Shown piece after piece: positions 1 to 28,888 of a stretch of 64,000 bases of DNA. Origin of the DNA: Macrostomum lignano (lineage: Eukaryota); NCBI GenBank assembly GCA_002269645.1, contig NIVC01002505.1:102509-166508 (forward strand). Reading direction: 5' to 3'. The translations under genes were made by a program, and so were the position numbers. How positions within the stretch are numbered: position 1 is the stretch's first letter; each line of letters begins with the position of its first letter. The notes under the pieces are model-generated. The model saw only the letters and a list, made by a program, of their open reading frames with translations. It did no database searches and was not told where the DNA came from.

Positions 1-3000
1 CGACGAAGGACAGCATGGCCACGGAGGCCAGCCGTTCTTGCCTTGTCATAATTGGGCTGACACCCTTGCACTGCCGCACCTGGCTGTCGGTTGCTACTGA
101 AAACAAATTTACATAGAACGGAGCCGTAAAACGAATATTTACAGATTTACTTTTATATTTCTACTTGTAGTAGAGTAGTTAAGAGACTTTTATAAAGATG
201 TTGAAAAAATGTTAAAATTTTCTAAGGTTTGAGCACAGATTTTGTACTCACCTCCGGCAATGAGATAGACATTGGGCAGCAGGTACTTGGCCTGCAGCAG
301 CACTCTCATGTGACCGAAGTGAAACAAGTCGAAGCAGCCGTCGCAGTAAACACGGATTTTTCTGTCGGCTAAAAAATTGTAAACAGTCTTTGAAAAGTCA
401 AATTTTTGTTTAAGATACACATCTATACGCTCCCCTGTCTCTTTGTTGGCGCCCCTGTCTATTTGTTGGCGTCCCTGTCTATTTGTTGGCGCCCCTGTCT
501 ATTTGTTGGCGTCCCTGTCTATTTGTTGGCGCCTCTGTCTATTTGTTGGCGCCCCTGTCTATTTGTTGGCGCTCCTGTCTCTTTGTTGGCGCCCCTGTCT
601 CTTTTTTGGCGCTCCTGTCTCTTTGTTGGCGCCCCTGTCTATTTGTTGGCGTCCCTGTCTATTTGTTGGCGCCTCTGTCTATTTGTTGGCGCCCCTGTCT
701 ATTTGTTGGCGCTCCTGTCTCTTTGTTGGCGCCCCTGTCTCTTTGTTGGCGCTCCTGTCTCTTTGTTGGCGCTCCTGTCTCTTTGTTGGCGCCCCTGTCT
801 CTTTGTTGGCGCCCCTGTCTCTTTGTTGGCGCCCCTGTCTATTTGTTGGCGTCCCTGTCTATTTGTTGGCGCCTCTGTCTATTTGTTGGCGCCCCTGTCT
901 ATTTGTTGGCGCTCCTGTCTCTTTGTTGGCGCTCCTGTCTCTTTGTTGGCGCCCCTGTCTCTTTGTTGGCGCCCCTGTCTCTTTGTTGGCGCCCCTGTCT
1001 CTTTGTTGGCGCCCCTGTCTCTTTGTTGGCGCCCCTGTCTCTTTGTTGGCGCCCCTGTCTCTTTGTTGGCGCTCCTGTCTCTTTTTTGGCGCTCCTGTCT
1101 CTTTGTTGGCGCTCCTGTCTCTTGGTTGGCGCCCCTGTCTCTTTGTTGGCGCTCCTGTCTCTTGGTTGGCGCCCCTGTCTATTTGTTGGCGCCCCTGTCT
1201 CTTTGTTGGCGATCCTGTCTCTTTGTTGGCGCTCCTGTCTCTTGGTTGGCGCCCCTGCCTCTTGGTGGGCGCCACTGTCTCTTGGTGGGCGCCACTGTCT
1301 CTTTGTTGGCGCCCCTGTCTCTTTTTTGGCGCCCCTGTCTCTTGGTGGGCGCCACTGTCTCTTGGTTGGCGCCCCTGTCTCTTGGTGGGCGCCACTGTCT
1401 CTTTGTTGGCGCCCCTGTCTCTTTTTTGGCGCCCCTGTCTCTTTGTTGGCGCCCCTGTCTCTTTTTTGGCGCCCCTGTCTCTTGGTGGGCGCCACTGTCT
1501 CTTGGTTGGCGCCCCTGTCTCTTGGTGGGCGCCACTGTCTCTTTGTTGGCGCCCCTGTCTCTTTGTTGGCGCCCCTGTCTCTTTGTTGGCGCCCCTGTCT
1601 CTTTGTTGGCGCCCCTGTCTCTTTTTTGGCGCCCCTGTCTCTTGGTGGGCGCCACTGTCTCTTGGTTGGCGCCCCTGTCTCTTGGTGGGCGCCACTGTCT
1701 CTTTGTTGGCGCCCCTGTCTCTTTGTTGGCGCCCCTGTCTCTTTGTTGGCGCCCCTGTCTCTTTTTTGGCGCCCCTGTCTCTTGGTGGGCGCCACTGTCT
1801 CTTGGTTGGCGCCCCTGTCTCTTGGTGGGCGCCACTGTCTCTTTGTTGGCGCCCCTGTCTCTTTGTTGGCGCCCCTGTCTCTTTGTTGGCGCTCCTGTCT
1901 CTTTGTTGGCGCTCCTGTCTCTTTGTTGGCGCTCCTGTCTCTTTGTTGGCGCTCCTGTCTCTTTGTTGGCGCTCCTGTCTCTTTGTTGGCGCCCCTGTCT
2001 CTTTGTTGGCGCTCCTGTCTCTTTGTTGGTGCCCCTGTCTCTTTTTTGGCGCCCCTGTCTCTTGGTGGGCGCCACTGTCTCTTGGTTGGCGCCCCTGTCT
2101 CTTGGTGGGCGCCACTGTCTCTTTGTTGGCGCCCCTGTCTCTTTGTTGGCGCCCCTGTCTCTTTGTTGGCGCTCCTGTCTCTTTGTTGGCGCTCCTGTCT
2201 CTTTGTTGGCGCTCCTGTCTCTTTGTTGGCGCTCCTGTCTCTTTGTTGGCGCTCCTGTCTCTTTGTTGGCGCTCCTGTCTCTTTGTTGGCGCTCCTGTCT
2301 CTTTGTTGGCGCTCCTGTCTCTTGGTTGGCGCCCCTGCCTCTTGGTGGGCGCCACTGTCTCTTGGTTGGCGCCCCTGTCTCTTTGTTGGCGCCCCTGTCT
2401 CTTTTTTGGCGCCCCTGTCTCTTGGTTGGCGCTCCTGTCTCTTTGTTGGTGCCCCTGTCTCTTTTTTGGCGCCCCTGTCTCTTGGTGGGCGCCACTGTCT
2501 CTTGGTTGGCGCCCCTGTCTCTTGGTGGGCGCCACTGTCTCTTTGTTGGCGCCCCTGTCTCTTTTTTGGCGCCCCTGTCTCTTGGTGGGCGCCACTGTCT
2601 CTTGGTTGGCGCCCCTGTCTCTTGGTGGGCGCCACTGTCTCTTTGGTGGGTGCCCTTATCCCTTGGTGTATCAAAGTGTTTAGCAACTTACTTCGACCAG
2701 ATCTGGCCTCGTCAAGGCTAAATCGTTTTGCGTAGTTGCAATCAAGCAGTTCTTGTTGGCGCTCCTGTCTCTTTGTTGGCGCTCCTGTCTCTTTGTTGGC
2801 GCCCCTGTCTCTTTGTTGGCGCTCCTGTCTCTTTTTTGGCGCCCCTGTCTCTTTGTTGGCGCTCCTGTCTCTTTGTTGGCGCCCCTGTCTCTTTGTTGGC
2901 GCTCCTGTCTCTTTGTTGGCGCCCCTGTCTATTTGTTGGCGTCCCTGTCTATTTGTTGGCGCCTCTGTCTATTTGTTGGCGCCCCTGTCTATTTGTTGGC

Positions 3001-5298
3001 GCCCCTGTCTATTTGTTGGCGTCCCTGTCTATTTGTTGGCGCCTCTGTCTCTTGGTTGGCGCCCCTGTCTCTTGGTGGGCGCCACTGTCTCTTTGGTGGG
3101 TGCCCTTATCCCTTGGTGTATCAAAGTGTTTAGCAACTTACTTCGACCAGATCTGGCCTCGTCAAGGCTAAATCGTTTTGCGTAGTTGCAATCAAGCAGT
3201 TCTTGTTGGCGCTCCTGTCTCTTTGTTGGCGCCCCTGTCTCTTTGTTGGCGCTCCTGTCTCTTTCTTGTCGCCCCTGTCTCTTTGTTGGCGCTCCTGTCT
3301 CTTTGTTGGCGCCCCTGTCTCTTTGTTGGCGCTCCTGTCTCTTTGTTGGCGCCCCTGTCTATTTGTTGGCGTCCCTGTCTATTTGTTGGCGCCTCTGTCT
3401 ATTTGTTGGCGCCCCTGTCTATTTGTTGGCGCTCCTGTCTCTTTGTTGGCGCCCCTGTCTCTTTGTTGGCGCTCCTGTCTCTTTGTTGGCGCTCCTGTCT
3501 CTTTTTTGGCGCCCCTGTCTCTTGGTGGGCGCCACTGTCTCTTGGTTGGCGCCCCTGTCTCTTGGTGGGCGCCACTGTCTCTTTGGTGGGTGCCCTTATC
3601 CCTTGGTGTATCAAAGTGTTTAGCAACTTACTTCGACCAGATCTGGCCTCGTCAAGGCTAAATCGTTTTGCGTAGTTGCAATCAAGCAGTTCTTGTTGAG
3701 CCTTCGGATCAGATGACATGACGGGAAACGGCAGATCCTTATCGCCTTGATTGACAGATTGAACAATTGCAACCGCGATTAGCATGGAAATGGCTATGTC
3801 AACGAATGTGGCTTGGTTATGGGAGATTCTACTGTTGGATTATGGGAGATTCTAGAGGTGGATTATGGGAGATTCTAGAGGTTTATTATGGAAAATTATA
3901 AGAAGGGGATTTTAGAAGATTCTAGAGGTGGATTATGGGAGATTCTGATAGGTGGATTATGGAAGATTCCAGAGGTGGATTATGAGGGTTTCTATAGGTG
4001 AATTATGGGAGATTTTGAGAGGTGGATTATGGAAGATTCCAGAGGTGGATTATGAGAGTTTCTAGAGGTGGATTATGAGAAATTCTAAAAGTGGATTATC
4101 GGAGATTCTAGAGGTGGATTATGGGATATTCTAGAGGTGGATTATGGGAGATTCTGATAGGTGGGTTATGGAAGATTCCAGAGGTGGATTATGGGAGATT
4201 CTACTGTTGGATTATGGGAGATTCTAGAGGTGGATTATGGGAGATTCTGATAGGTGGATTATGGAATATTCCAGAGGTGAATTATGAGAGTTTCTAGAGG
4301 TGAATTATGGGAGATTCCAGAGGTGAATTATGAGAGTTTCTAGTGGTGAATTATGGGAGATTCCAGAGGTGGATTATGAGAAACTCTAAAAGTGGATTAT
4401 CGGAGATTCTAGAGGTGGATTATGGGATATTCTAGGGGTGGATTATGGGAGATTCTAGAGGTGGATTGTGGGATATTGAAGGGGTGGATTATGGGAGATT
4501 CTAGAGGTGGATTATGGGAGATTCTAGGGGTGGATTATGGGAGATTCTAGAGGTGGATTATGGGAGATTCTAGAGGTGGATTGTGGGATATTGTAGGGGT
4601 GGATTATGGGAGCTTCTAGAGGTGGATTATGGGATATTCTAGGAGTGAATTATGGGATATTCTAGGGGTGGATTATGGGAGATTCTAGAGGTGGATTATG
4701 GGAGATTCTAGAGGTGGATTATGGGATATTCTAGGAGTGAATTATGGGAGATTCTAGAGGCGGATTATGAGATATTCTAGGGTTGGATTATGGGAGATTC
4801 TAGAGGTGGATTATGAGAAATTCTAAAAGTGGATTATCGGAGATTCTAGAGGTGGATTATGGGATATTCTAGGGGTGGATTGTGGGATATTGTAGGGGTG
4901 GATTATGGGAGATTCTAGAGGTGGATTATCGGAGATTCTAGAGATGGATTATGGGATATTCTAGGAGTGAATTATGGGAGATTCTAGAGGCGGATTATAG
5001 GATATTCTAGGGTTGGATTATGTGAGATTCTAGAGGTGGATTATTGGAGATTCTAGAGGTGGATTATGGGATATTGTAGGGGTGGATTATGGGATATTCT
5101 AGGGTTGGATTATCGGAGATCCTATAAAGCAGTTTTATGGGGGGGGGATCGCTTCTTACTGTGTGTCGGCAAATTTAAGACTAATTCACTAATTAAATCG
5201 AATTACGGGCTGAATGGTATGCTGAGTAGAAAGGCATAAATAACCATAATCAATTACTTACTTTTGTTCTGCAGCCACGATGATGATGTCAGGTCCAT
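1..5298 (-). CDS. Pcyt1: CTP:phosphocholine cytidylyltransferase (CCT/PCYT1-like), 5' part; gene continues beyond window start
   Basis: Manual splice model: exons 5298-5262 ([12 protein letters not shown]), 3811-3632, 368-252, 96-1. All junctions are GT-AG and phase 1. Joined protein reads ...[93 protein letters not shown]..., with the HxGH cytidylyltransferase motif and a CCT-type N-cap and 'LQAK..PN.YLI.GV' segment. Confidence 0.85.
430..3590 (+). repeat. 20-bp minisatellite (gcccctgtctctttgttggc)n with higher-order blocks, in a CCT intron
   Basis: Direct 20-bp periodicity over about 3.1 kb, with a GGCGCC core. Interrupted twice by duplicated exon/intron junction sequence. Confidence 0.97.
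3815..5125 (+). repeat. 23-bp minisatellite (ggtggattatgggagattctaga)n in a CCT intron
   Basis: Degenerate 23-bp tandem units that begin directly at the splice acceptor of exon 3811-3632. Confidence 0.95.
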
Positions 5299-5730
5299 TA
5301 TGAGATGTTATCTACAATAGTAAAAGCACAAAATGGAGCAGAGTTCAAATAATAAGATAAGTAAATCATTTGAAGACAGGAAAAGTACAAAGTTTGATAT
5401 TTTGAAATAAACTAGACTTATAATTCAGGGAGAAAGACAATGGAAAAAAAAGTTCTGAGGTTTCTGACGAAAGTTAATAGAAGAGAATCTGCAGACATCA
5501 AATGAATCAAATGCCAATGGTAAGATACTCAGTAGCGAATGCAAATGGAGGGTGGGGGAAGGGGTCCGCCCCCGTCTCCCCTCGACCACACCGAAATTTC
5601 ACTCCACCAAAAACTGAACGAAAGTCGAAAGAGGCAACCAAGATGGACGCTCAACGTTAAGGGCTCAACGTTTACAAGCTACCACCCTCTTGGACGTGGC
5701 ATCCATCGGGCCTAAAAGACAGGGGTAGGG

Positions 5731-6125
5731 GTGCCAACCAAGAGACAGGGGCGCTCACTTAGAGACAGGAGTGAATACCATGAGACAGGGGTGCATACCA
5801 AGAGACAGGGGCGCCCACCAAGAGACAGGGGCGCCAACCAAGAGTCAGGGGCGCCAACCAAGAGTCAGGGGCGCCAAACAAGAGTCAGGGGCGCATACCA
5901 AGAGACAGGGGCGCCCACCAAGAGACAGGGGCGCCAACCAAGAGTCAGGGGCGCATACCAAGAGACAGGGGCGCCCACCAATAGACATGGGGGCCAGCCG
6001 AGAGAGGCGCATAAAGAGACAGGCGCCAACCAAGAGACAGGCGCCAACCAAGAGACAGGCGCCCACCAAGAGACAGCTAGGGGTGTCAACAAAGAAACAG
6101 AGGCGCCCACCAAAAGACGGAGTGC
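5731..6125 (-). repeat. Inverted copy of the 20-bp minisatellite
   Basis: Units ccaagagacaggggcgccaa are the reverse complement of the 430-3590 array. Confidence 0.92.
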
Positions 6126-8544
6126 CAATCTACTGTGCCGGTATGTGCTAGGGGGCGCTTAATTCATGCATGCGCAACCCCCCTGATTTACACTAGCCAT
6201 GCGACTTACCTTTTGACCAAAAATGCGACTTACCTGTAAAAGAAACCCTAACGCAATTTTGGGTAAACGGCAGGAGTATTTATAACTGTCTTTATATAAT
6301 CTTATAAGGGCTAAATGACTCGTCATCTAATTAGTAATACGTCTGATTTCTTTAGGCTGGGCATTTTTGCGACTTACCCCTGGTCCACCACAATTTACGG
6401 TGGCCAGATCGGCCAGGTCGGGCAGCAGTTGCGCATGTATGGCTTAATTGGCGCCCCATGATTAAGTAATAAGTTGCGACGCAGTGCAATTACATGTACA
6501 TGGGAAATTCCAGTGCATGCCATTTAACACAGAAAAGACAGAATCAACGAGCCTCTCTCCGTTCCGATTTCGACCCGACACTGCCGACAGTAGAGAAGAG
6601 TCTCGCCATCAAAGCAGACTGGACGGGCTTGTTTAAACTACGCACCAAAGCGAGAACTGCGTGACATGTACAGTACACGAGAACTATATGACACTTTTTA
6701 GTAAATGAGATTTTGTGGAGAGGAAAAACCTAATTAAGGAATACAATTAATGAGATCAGATCATCGTTCGTAAATCGAGATGATATTGCACGAGAGTCAG
6801 GGATCGCCGGTCATTCCTTTGGAGAGCAACCAAATTACAGTCATACATATGTTCAGTTGTGCACTATATTGTACTAGTACGCCGTACACTGCAGTGAGGA
6901 TTTTATTTCTGCCATTACTTATAGTAAACGCAAGTAAAATAAAAATTGACTGTAAAATCGATAAGAATAAGATAGTTAAAACTTACAGTGTCTCAGATTC
7001 TAAGGAGGGCTCTAGTAAGAATCTTGCTTAGAGTCACACCAATTAGCTTGGAATTTAATTAGGATTAAACTTCGATAAGCAAATTGAATAAGAATCGATA
7101 TTAAAGTACAGAATCCTCAGGAGGGACAATATGTAATGAGCTACTAGTCTTAACTGGCTGGCTGGGGCTTGTGGGGGTTTGACTTTTGTAGCGGCAGGAT
7201 CGGACGGGCCGAAATAATGTTTGTACAGAGTTTGGGCAAGGAGGTAGAAAGAAGGGACGCGACACCCCGAACCATGTACATCTAGTGTACATTGACCAAC
7301 TTAAAAGATTTCTCTCCTCTTGCCCCTTATGGTCTGATCTAAAAATAGAACTGGCCTAAGTGCTGCTGCAACAAAGGGGGTCTGGGAAAAGGTCCGACTG
7401 CTAATAAACCTAATCTAAACAGAGTTGCCCATCCTTCAGGCCTACAGTGTCACCAAAACAACCTGACCTAAGCTGCTTATCAGAAATCATAGTAGGGAAT
7501 AGGCAGGAACTTTCAGATCGAAATTTGAAAAGTCTGCCTTGCCTCCCTTCCCCAAGAGATAGCGTCAACCAAACAAAATTGTGTTCCCCTCAACTACACC
7601 CGTTCTATACTGTACTGGTCTGCAGTCCCCTAGTAAAACGCACTGGAGAGTTTTGCTGATTAAGCGGACTTAACAATCGTAAACGTAATTAATGCGACTA
7701 TTATAGCACAAATTTTTACGATATTAGATATTTAGATAGATAGAACGCCCAGTTGCGAGTTGCGACGCAATAAAACCCTGCTGCGGTAGTAGACACATAT
7801 TCAATCAGTTTTTACTTCACAAGTATACGTAATCGTAAGTCGTAATGGTAATGCAAGCAAAGGTTCAAGTTGGTTTGATCAACCATTAAAATAGCAAGGA
7901 TGAGTCATACCTATCTATCTATCCATCTATATTGAGTCTACCGACTGTAGATTCCGTAGACTGGTATGTATGTATGATGAAACACATGTTAATATACCGG
8001 ATTTAAGCAGCCAAAGAGCATCACAAGACCCCAATCGATAGCCACAACTAAAACATAGAAAAAAAAGAAAAATATCCATTTCTCTTGTCTTTTGTCGAAA
8101 CAAAAAATAACATTTTATTTAGGTTACACATATCTCGACTGCATCAAAAGATGCAGGGCAAATTTTAAAATAACTTTTAACATACACAAATCAAGTTCTA
8201 TATCGTACTTAGCGGTAGTTTTAGTCAGAAATATTAAGTTAATTCTATGTATTTAGATATTCTCTCGGCAAACTGCTACTCACAGACTAGTAGTGTAGTA
8301 AGCAATGCGCAGTTAAAATATAACAAACGTCTTAAAGAACTTTATTTTTATTGTGTAATCGGCTGTGTAAATTAAATACAGGGCTCAGGAGCTACGCTCG
8401 TATATATAGCTCGTGAGCATAGACTGAAGTCGAGAGTTGAAAAAGAGAGACAGTATCTGCCTGTGACGTCATCCGACAGTTGAAAAAATTGCTGACGTGT
8501 TTCGGTAATGGGTCAACAACCATTCTACGTACAACTAAGCATTT

Positions 8545-8855
8545 ATTTATATTAGCAGCAGGGGGCTGTGTGCACCCTGGCGCACTTTAACCGACATTGT
8601 CACACAACCGGCGAGAGGCATTGCTGCCCATTCCGCCGACTCCCAGGAGTCATACGCACAGGCACACACTCACCCAGGAGTGTACAGCGGCCCTAACTGT
8701 ATTTATCGTTAGGCATGTACACTTCACTGTGCCTTGGGGCTTGGCAGAGCCAAGCCGAGATTCCAATTCAGCCCCAAATTAATGTGACTGCACTTGGAAT
8801 CGAGCCTGGGCCGCTGGCACATGAGAGCGCCGCGCTAGAAAACTTGGCTTATTGG
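8545..8855 (-). mobile_element. Putative tRNA-derived SINE
   Basis: On the minus strand, 8850-8784 shows an A-box-like TAAGCCAAGT, a hairpin GGCGC-TCTCAT-GTGCC and a B-box-like CCAGGCTCGATTCC. The body at about 8655-8740 recurs in diverged form at about 60255-60337. Confidence 0.55.
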
Positions 8856-9509
8856 TAAGCCATGATCAGTTCAAAACATATGCCAATATTGACGGCAAAA
8901 TTAAGTAATTATAATGATGCTAAATGTAAACAAACGCAATGAAACACGGGAACAATTTGGGAAGTTGTTGCAATAAATCCATCTTGATAGATAGTGGAAG
9001 TACGCAAAATAACAATATGTAACTTTCACACCTGCATGACGAATTGACAATCCAAATTAGATACTTAGGACATAATTCTATTTGACAAATATTTGTACAA
9101 ACACAAATTGAAGACACAAGGTGCGCATAAAAACAAAGGCACAAAAAAATCTTAAATAATCATTTATCCATGGATTTGTAGTATCTGTAGTATCTGTAGT
9201 AAGTATTAAGTATTAAATTAGTGCAACTATTCGAACAGAGACATACCAAACTTTACATGAAAATATCAGAAAAAATAATGAGGACCATATACTTTGCCAG
9301 AAGTACACAATGCTACATCTAACATTTGTACACTTAGGGAATGACGTACATGTTAGTGGCAAGTGATGAATTATTTAGTGATTGACAGCAACAAAAATTA
9401 GTGATTTCCAGAATGAATAAGACAGTGCCATTGTGACTTTGGAAGAGAAATTGTGAAACTAAGACAGACAAGGGGATTAAGGATTTAAAAGATTAATGAA
9501 TGAACTGGA

Positions 9510-9730
9510 GGGTGAGAAGTTACCGAGTGAATAAAGGGAGTGACAGTGGCAGTGGATTACGGGAGAGACATGATAGATTGGTAGTGAATAAGGGAGTAAA
9601 ATAGTAGATTAGGGAGTGACATTGTAGATTAGGAAGTGACAAAGTGGATTAGGGAGTGACATAGTGGTAGTGAATTAAGGGAGTGACATGGTAGATTAGG
9701 GAGTGACAGGGTGGATTTGGGAGTGACAAT
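9510..9730 (+). repeat. Degenerate ~22-bp repeat (gtggattagggagtgaca...) downstream of the nuclear receptor stop
   Basis: The motif gattagggagtgac recurs several times. Confidence 0.75.
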
Positions 9731-9942
9731 ATGAAATTGAGAAATCAACAAAGAAAAAACAAGCCTCGTGACATGACAAAAAAGGATTAACACAGAGCAG
9801 TTAAGACAGCATTCTACAATGTACATATTTTTGGACGCAAAAAAACTTATCAGGAAAGTAAAAATATCTCGTGTCAGTCAATGAATAAACCAAACTATAA
9901 ATCAATCAATAAATCAATCTTCAGTTAGACGGCAAGACGCAG

Positions 9943-26846
<16,904 letters not shown>

Positions 26847-27069
26847 GCTGGATATGGATTGCAATATGAGAGATATGAGACTGAGGTCAGTCAGTTGAGG
26901 CTGCGGCTAGGAGCGAGTCCTGACCATGTGCTGGGCATTGCAGACAAAGTCTGAAATTTTAACAATTGAGACCAAAAATGAAAAAAATAAACTGAACATG
27001 AAACCAACCAGCTGATCAAGATTAATTACACAAAACGACGCATCAAATTAAGATTTAGGAAGAGGCACC

Positions 27070-27118
27070 TGGATAGATAGACAGACACATAGATAAATAG
27101 ACAAATAGACATATAGAT

Positions 27119-27150
<32 letters not shown>

Positions 27151-27154
27151 AAAT

Positions 27155-27197
<43 letters not shown>

Positions 27198-27228
27198 ATA
27201 AGATAGATAGATAGATAGATAGATAAAT

Positions 27229-27263
<35 letters not shown>

Positions 27264-27265
27264 AT

Positions 27266-27340
<75 letters not shown>

Positions 27341-27465
27341 ATAAGATAGATAGATAGATAGATAGATAGATATATAGACAGATAGATAGATAGATTAATA
27401 AGATAGATAGATAGATAGATAGATAAATAAGATAGATAGATATATAGATAGATAGATAGATAAAT

Positions 27466-27499
<34 letters not shown>

Positions 27500-27555
27500 T
27501 ATAGACAGATAGATAGATAGATTAATAAGATAGATAGATAGATAGATAGATAAAT

Positions 27556-27598
<43 letters not shown>

Positions 27599-27599
27599 A

Positions 27600-27643
<44 letters not shown>

Positions 27644-27674
27644 ATAAGATAGATAGATAGATAGATAGATAAAT

Positions 27675-27709
<35 letters not shown>

Positions 27710-27711
27710 AT

Positions 27712-27743
<32 letters not shown>

Positions 27744-27800
27744 CAGATTGATAGATTGATAGATAGATAGATAAATAAGATAGATAGATAGATAGATAGA
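27070..27800 (+). repeat. (GATA)n microsatellite with recurrent AAATAA interruptions
   Basis: Direct observation. Confidence 0.97.
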
Positions 27801-28888
27801 TACACGAAACAACTAAAATTACTATAGACTGGTAGCTATGAGATACTTGTAAGTAAACTTTAAAGAAATAAAGTACGGATCTGTAGCGCAACGCTTACTA
27901 ATAGTAGTAGATATGCTGCATTGTATTTTAAAATAGCATTTAAGAATCTGACAATTAAACTCATTCAAACATACTGCCTGTTGTATACAAATAAATAAAA
28001 CGATAAAACAAATCGCACATATTTAAACAAACGCTACTATTGGTAATAAGTAGGAGATTATGAGTAGCGACAAGAACCGGGCGTAGTGCGAAGCTAACAG
28101 ACACAGCTAAAAGAACTAATTAGGAAAGACAAACTAGCGAGTATGTGCGTGAAAACCTGATCTCAGCTTGTTCGCATAGAGAACTACAGCGAAGTTGAAG
28201 AGATTTATAACAACATTTATAAAAAGAAGCGCATATGTTGGAACATAAAATTTAACAGGCAATAAAAGTCACTCAGCAACATAAAATTAGAAAATGTAGT
28301 TAATATGTAATTTAACTAACAAACTACGCCTTACCTATTAAAGTCATTTTGTGGGTAATATGCTTTTATTGTATATTGTTTTATACGCAACATATCGGCA
28401 GATCGGGCGTATCACGATTTCAAGTAATAAGCAAGTGATTGGCAGTAATTTTCCATTACTCTTTCCGTTGATAGTACTATAAAAAGTAATATAAATATCG
28501 TTAGGCTATTTTAAATCACGGTTTCTACGAATGATAGAAATACAAAGTTATTTACGCTACATATCGGTGCAGCTCTACTAAATAAAAGTTTCCCAGCTAT
28601 TTAGAAACTATAAACATTTGCTATTACTTCAAACCGATTAGGATTATGAGTACATGTATTTTTTATCGCTATTGAAAATTTACCCTTTATAAAGTTATTT
28701 ACTCCACATATCGGTAGTAGAAATTTAAACATTTTTATTCATTTAGTAAGAAGATACATCTAAAATTTCGCTATAGACTGCCGGTTATCGCTGCCAAATG
28801 CATTGACGACATCTTACCTATTCATATGTACATCTACATTAACAATCATTACAGAGTTATTATAAAACAATACATATCGGTAGTCAGC

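Noticed and set aside
406-3675. 400-770-aa ORFs in all six frames ([11 protein letters not shown].../TKRQGRQ...)
   Set aside because: They are translations of a stop-poor 20-bp satellite lying inside a CCT intron.
7100-7660. GC-balanced segment with short ORFs between the nuclear receptor and CCT
   Set aside because: No motif or consistent splice pattern was recognised.
8784-8850. tRNA-Met gene
   Set aside because: The acceptor stem is absent, the anticodon loop is 6 nt and the boxes are degenerate. It is better explained as a SINE head.
9600-9720. Interstitial telomeric TTAGGG tract
   Set aside because: TTAGGG occurs only as isolated hexamers within a longer degenerate unit, not in tandem.
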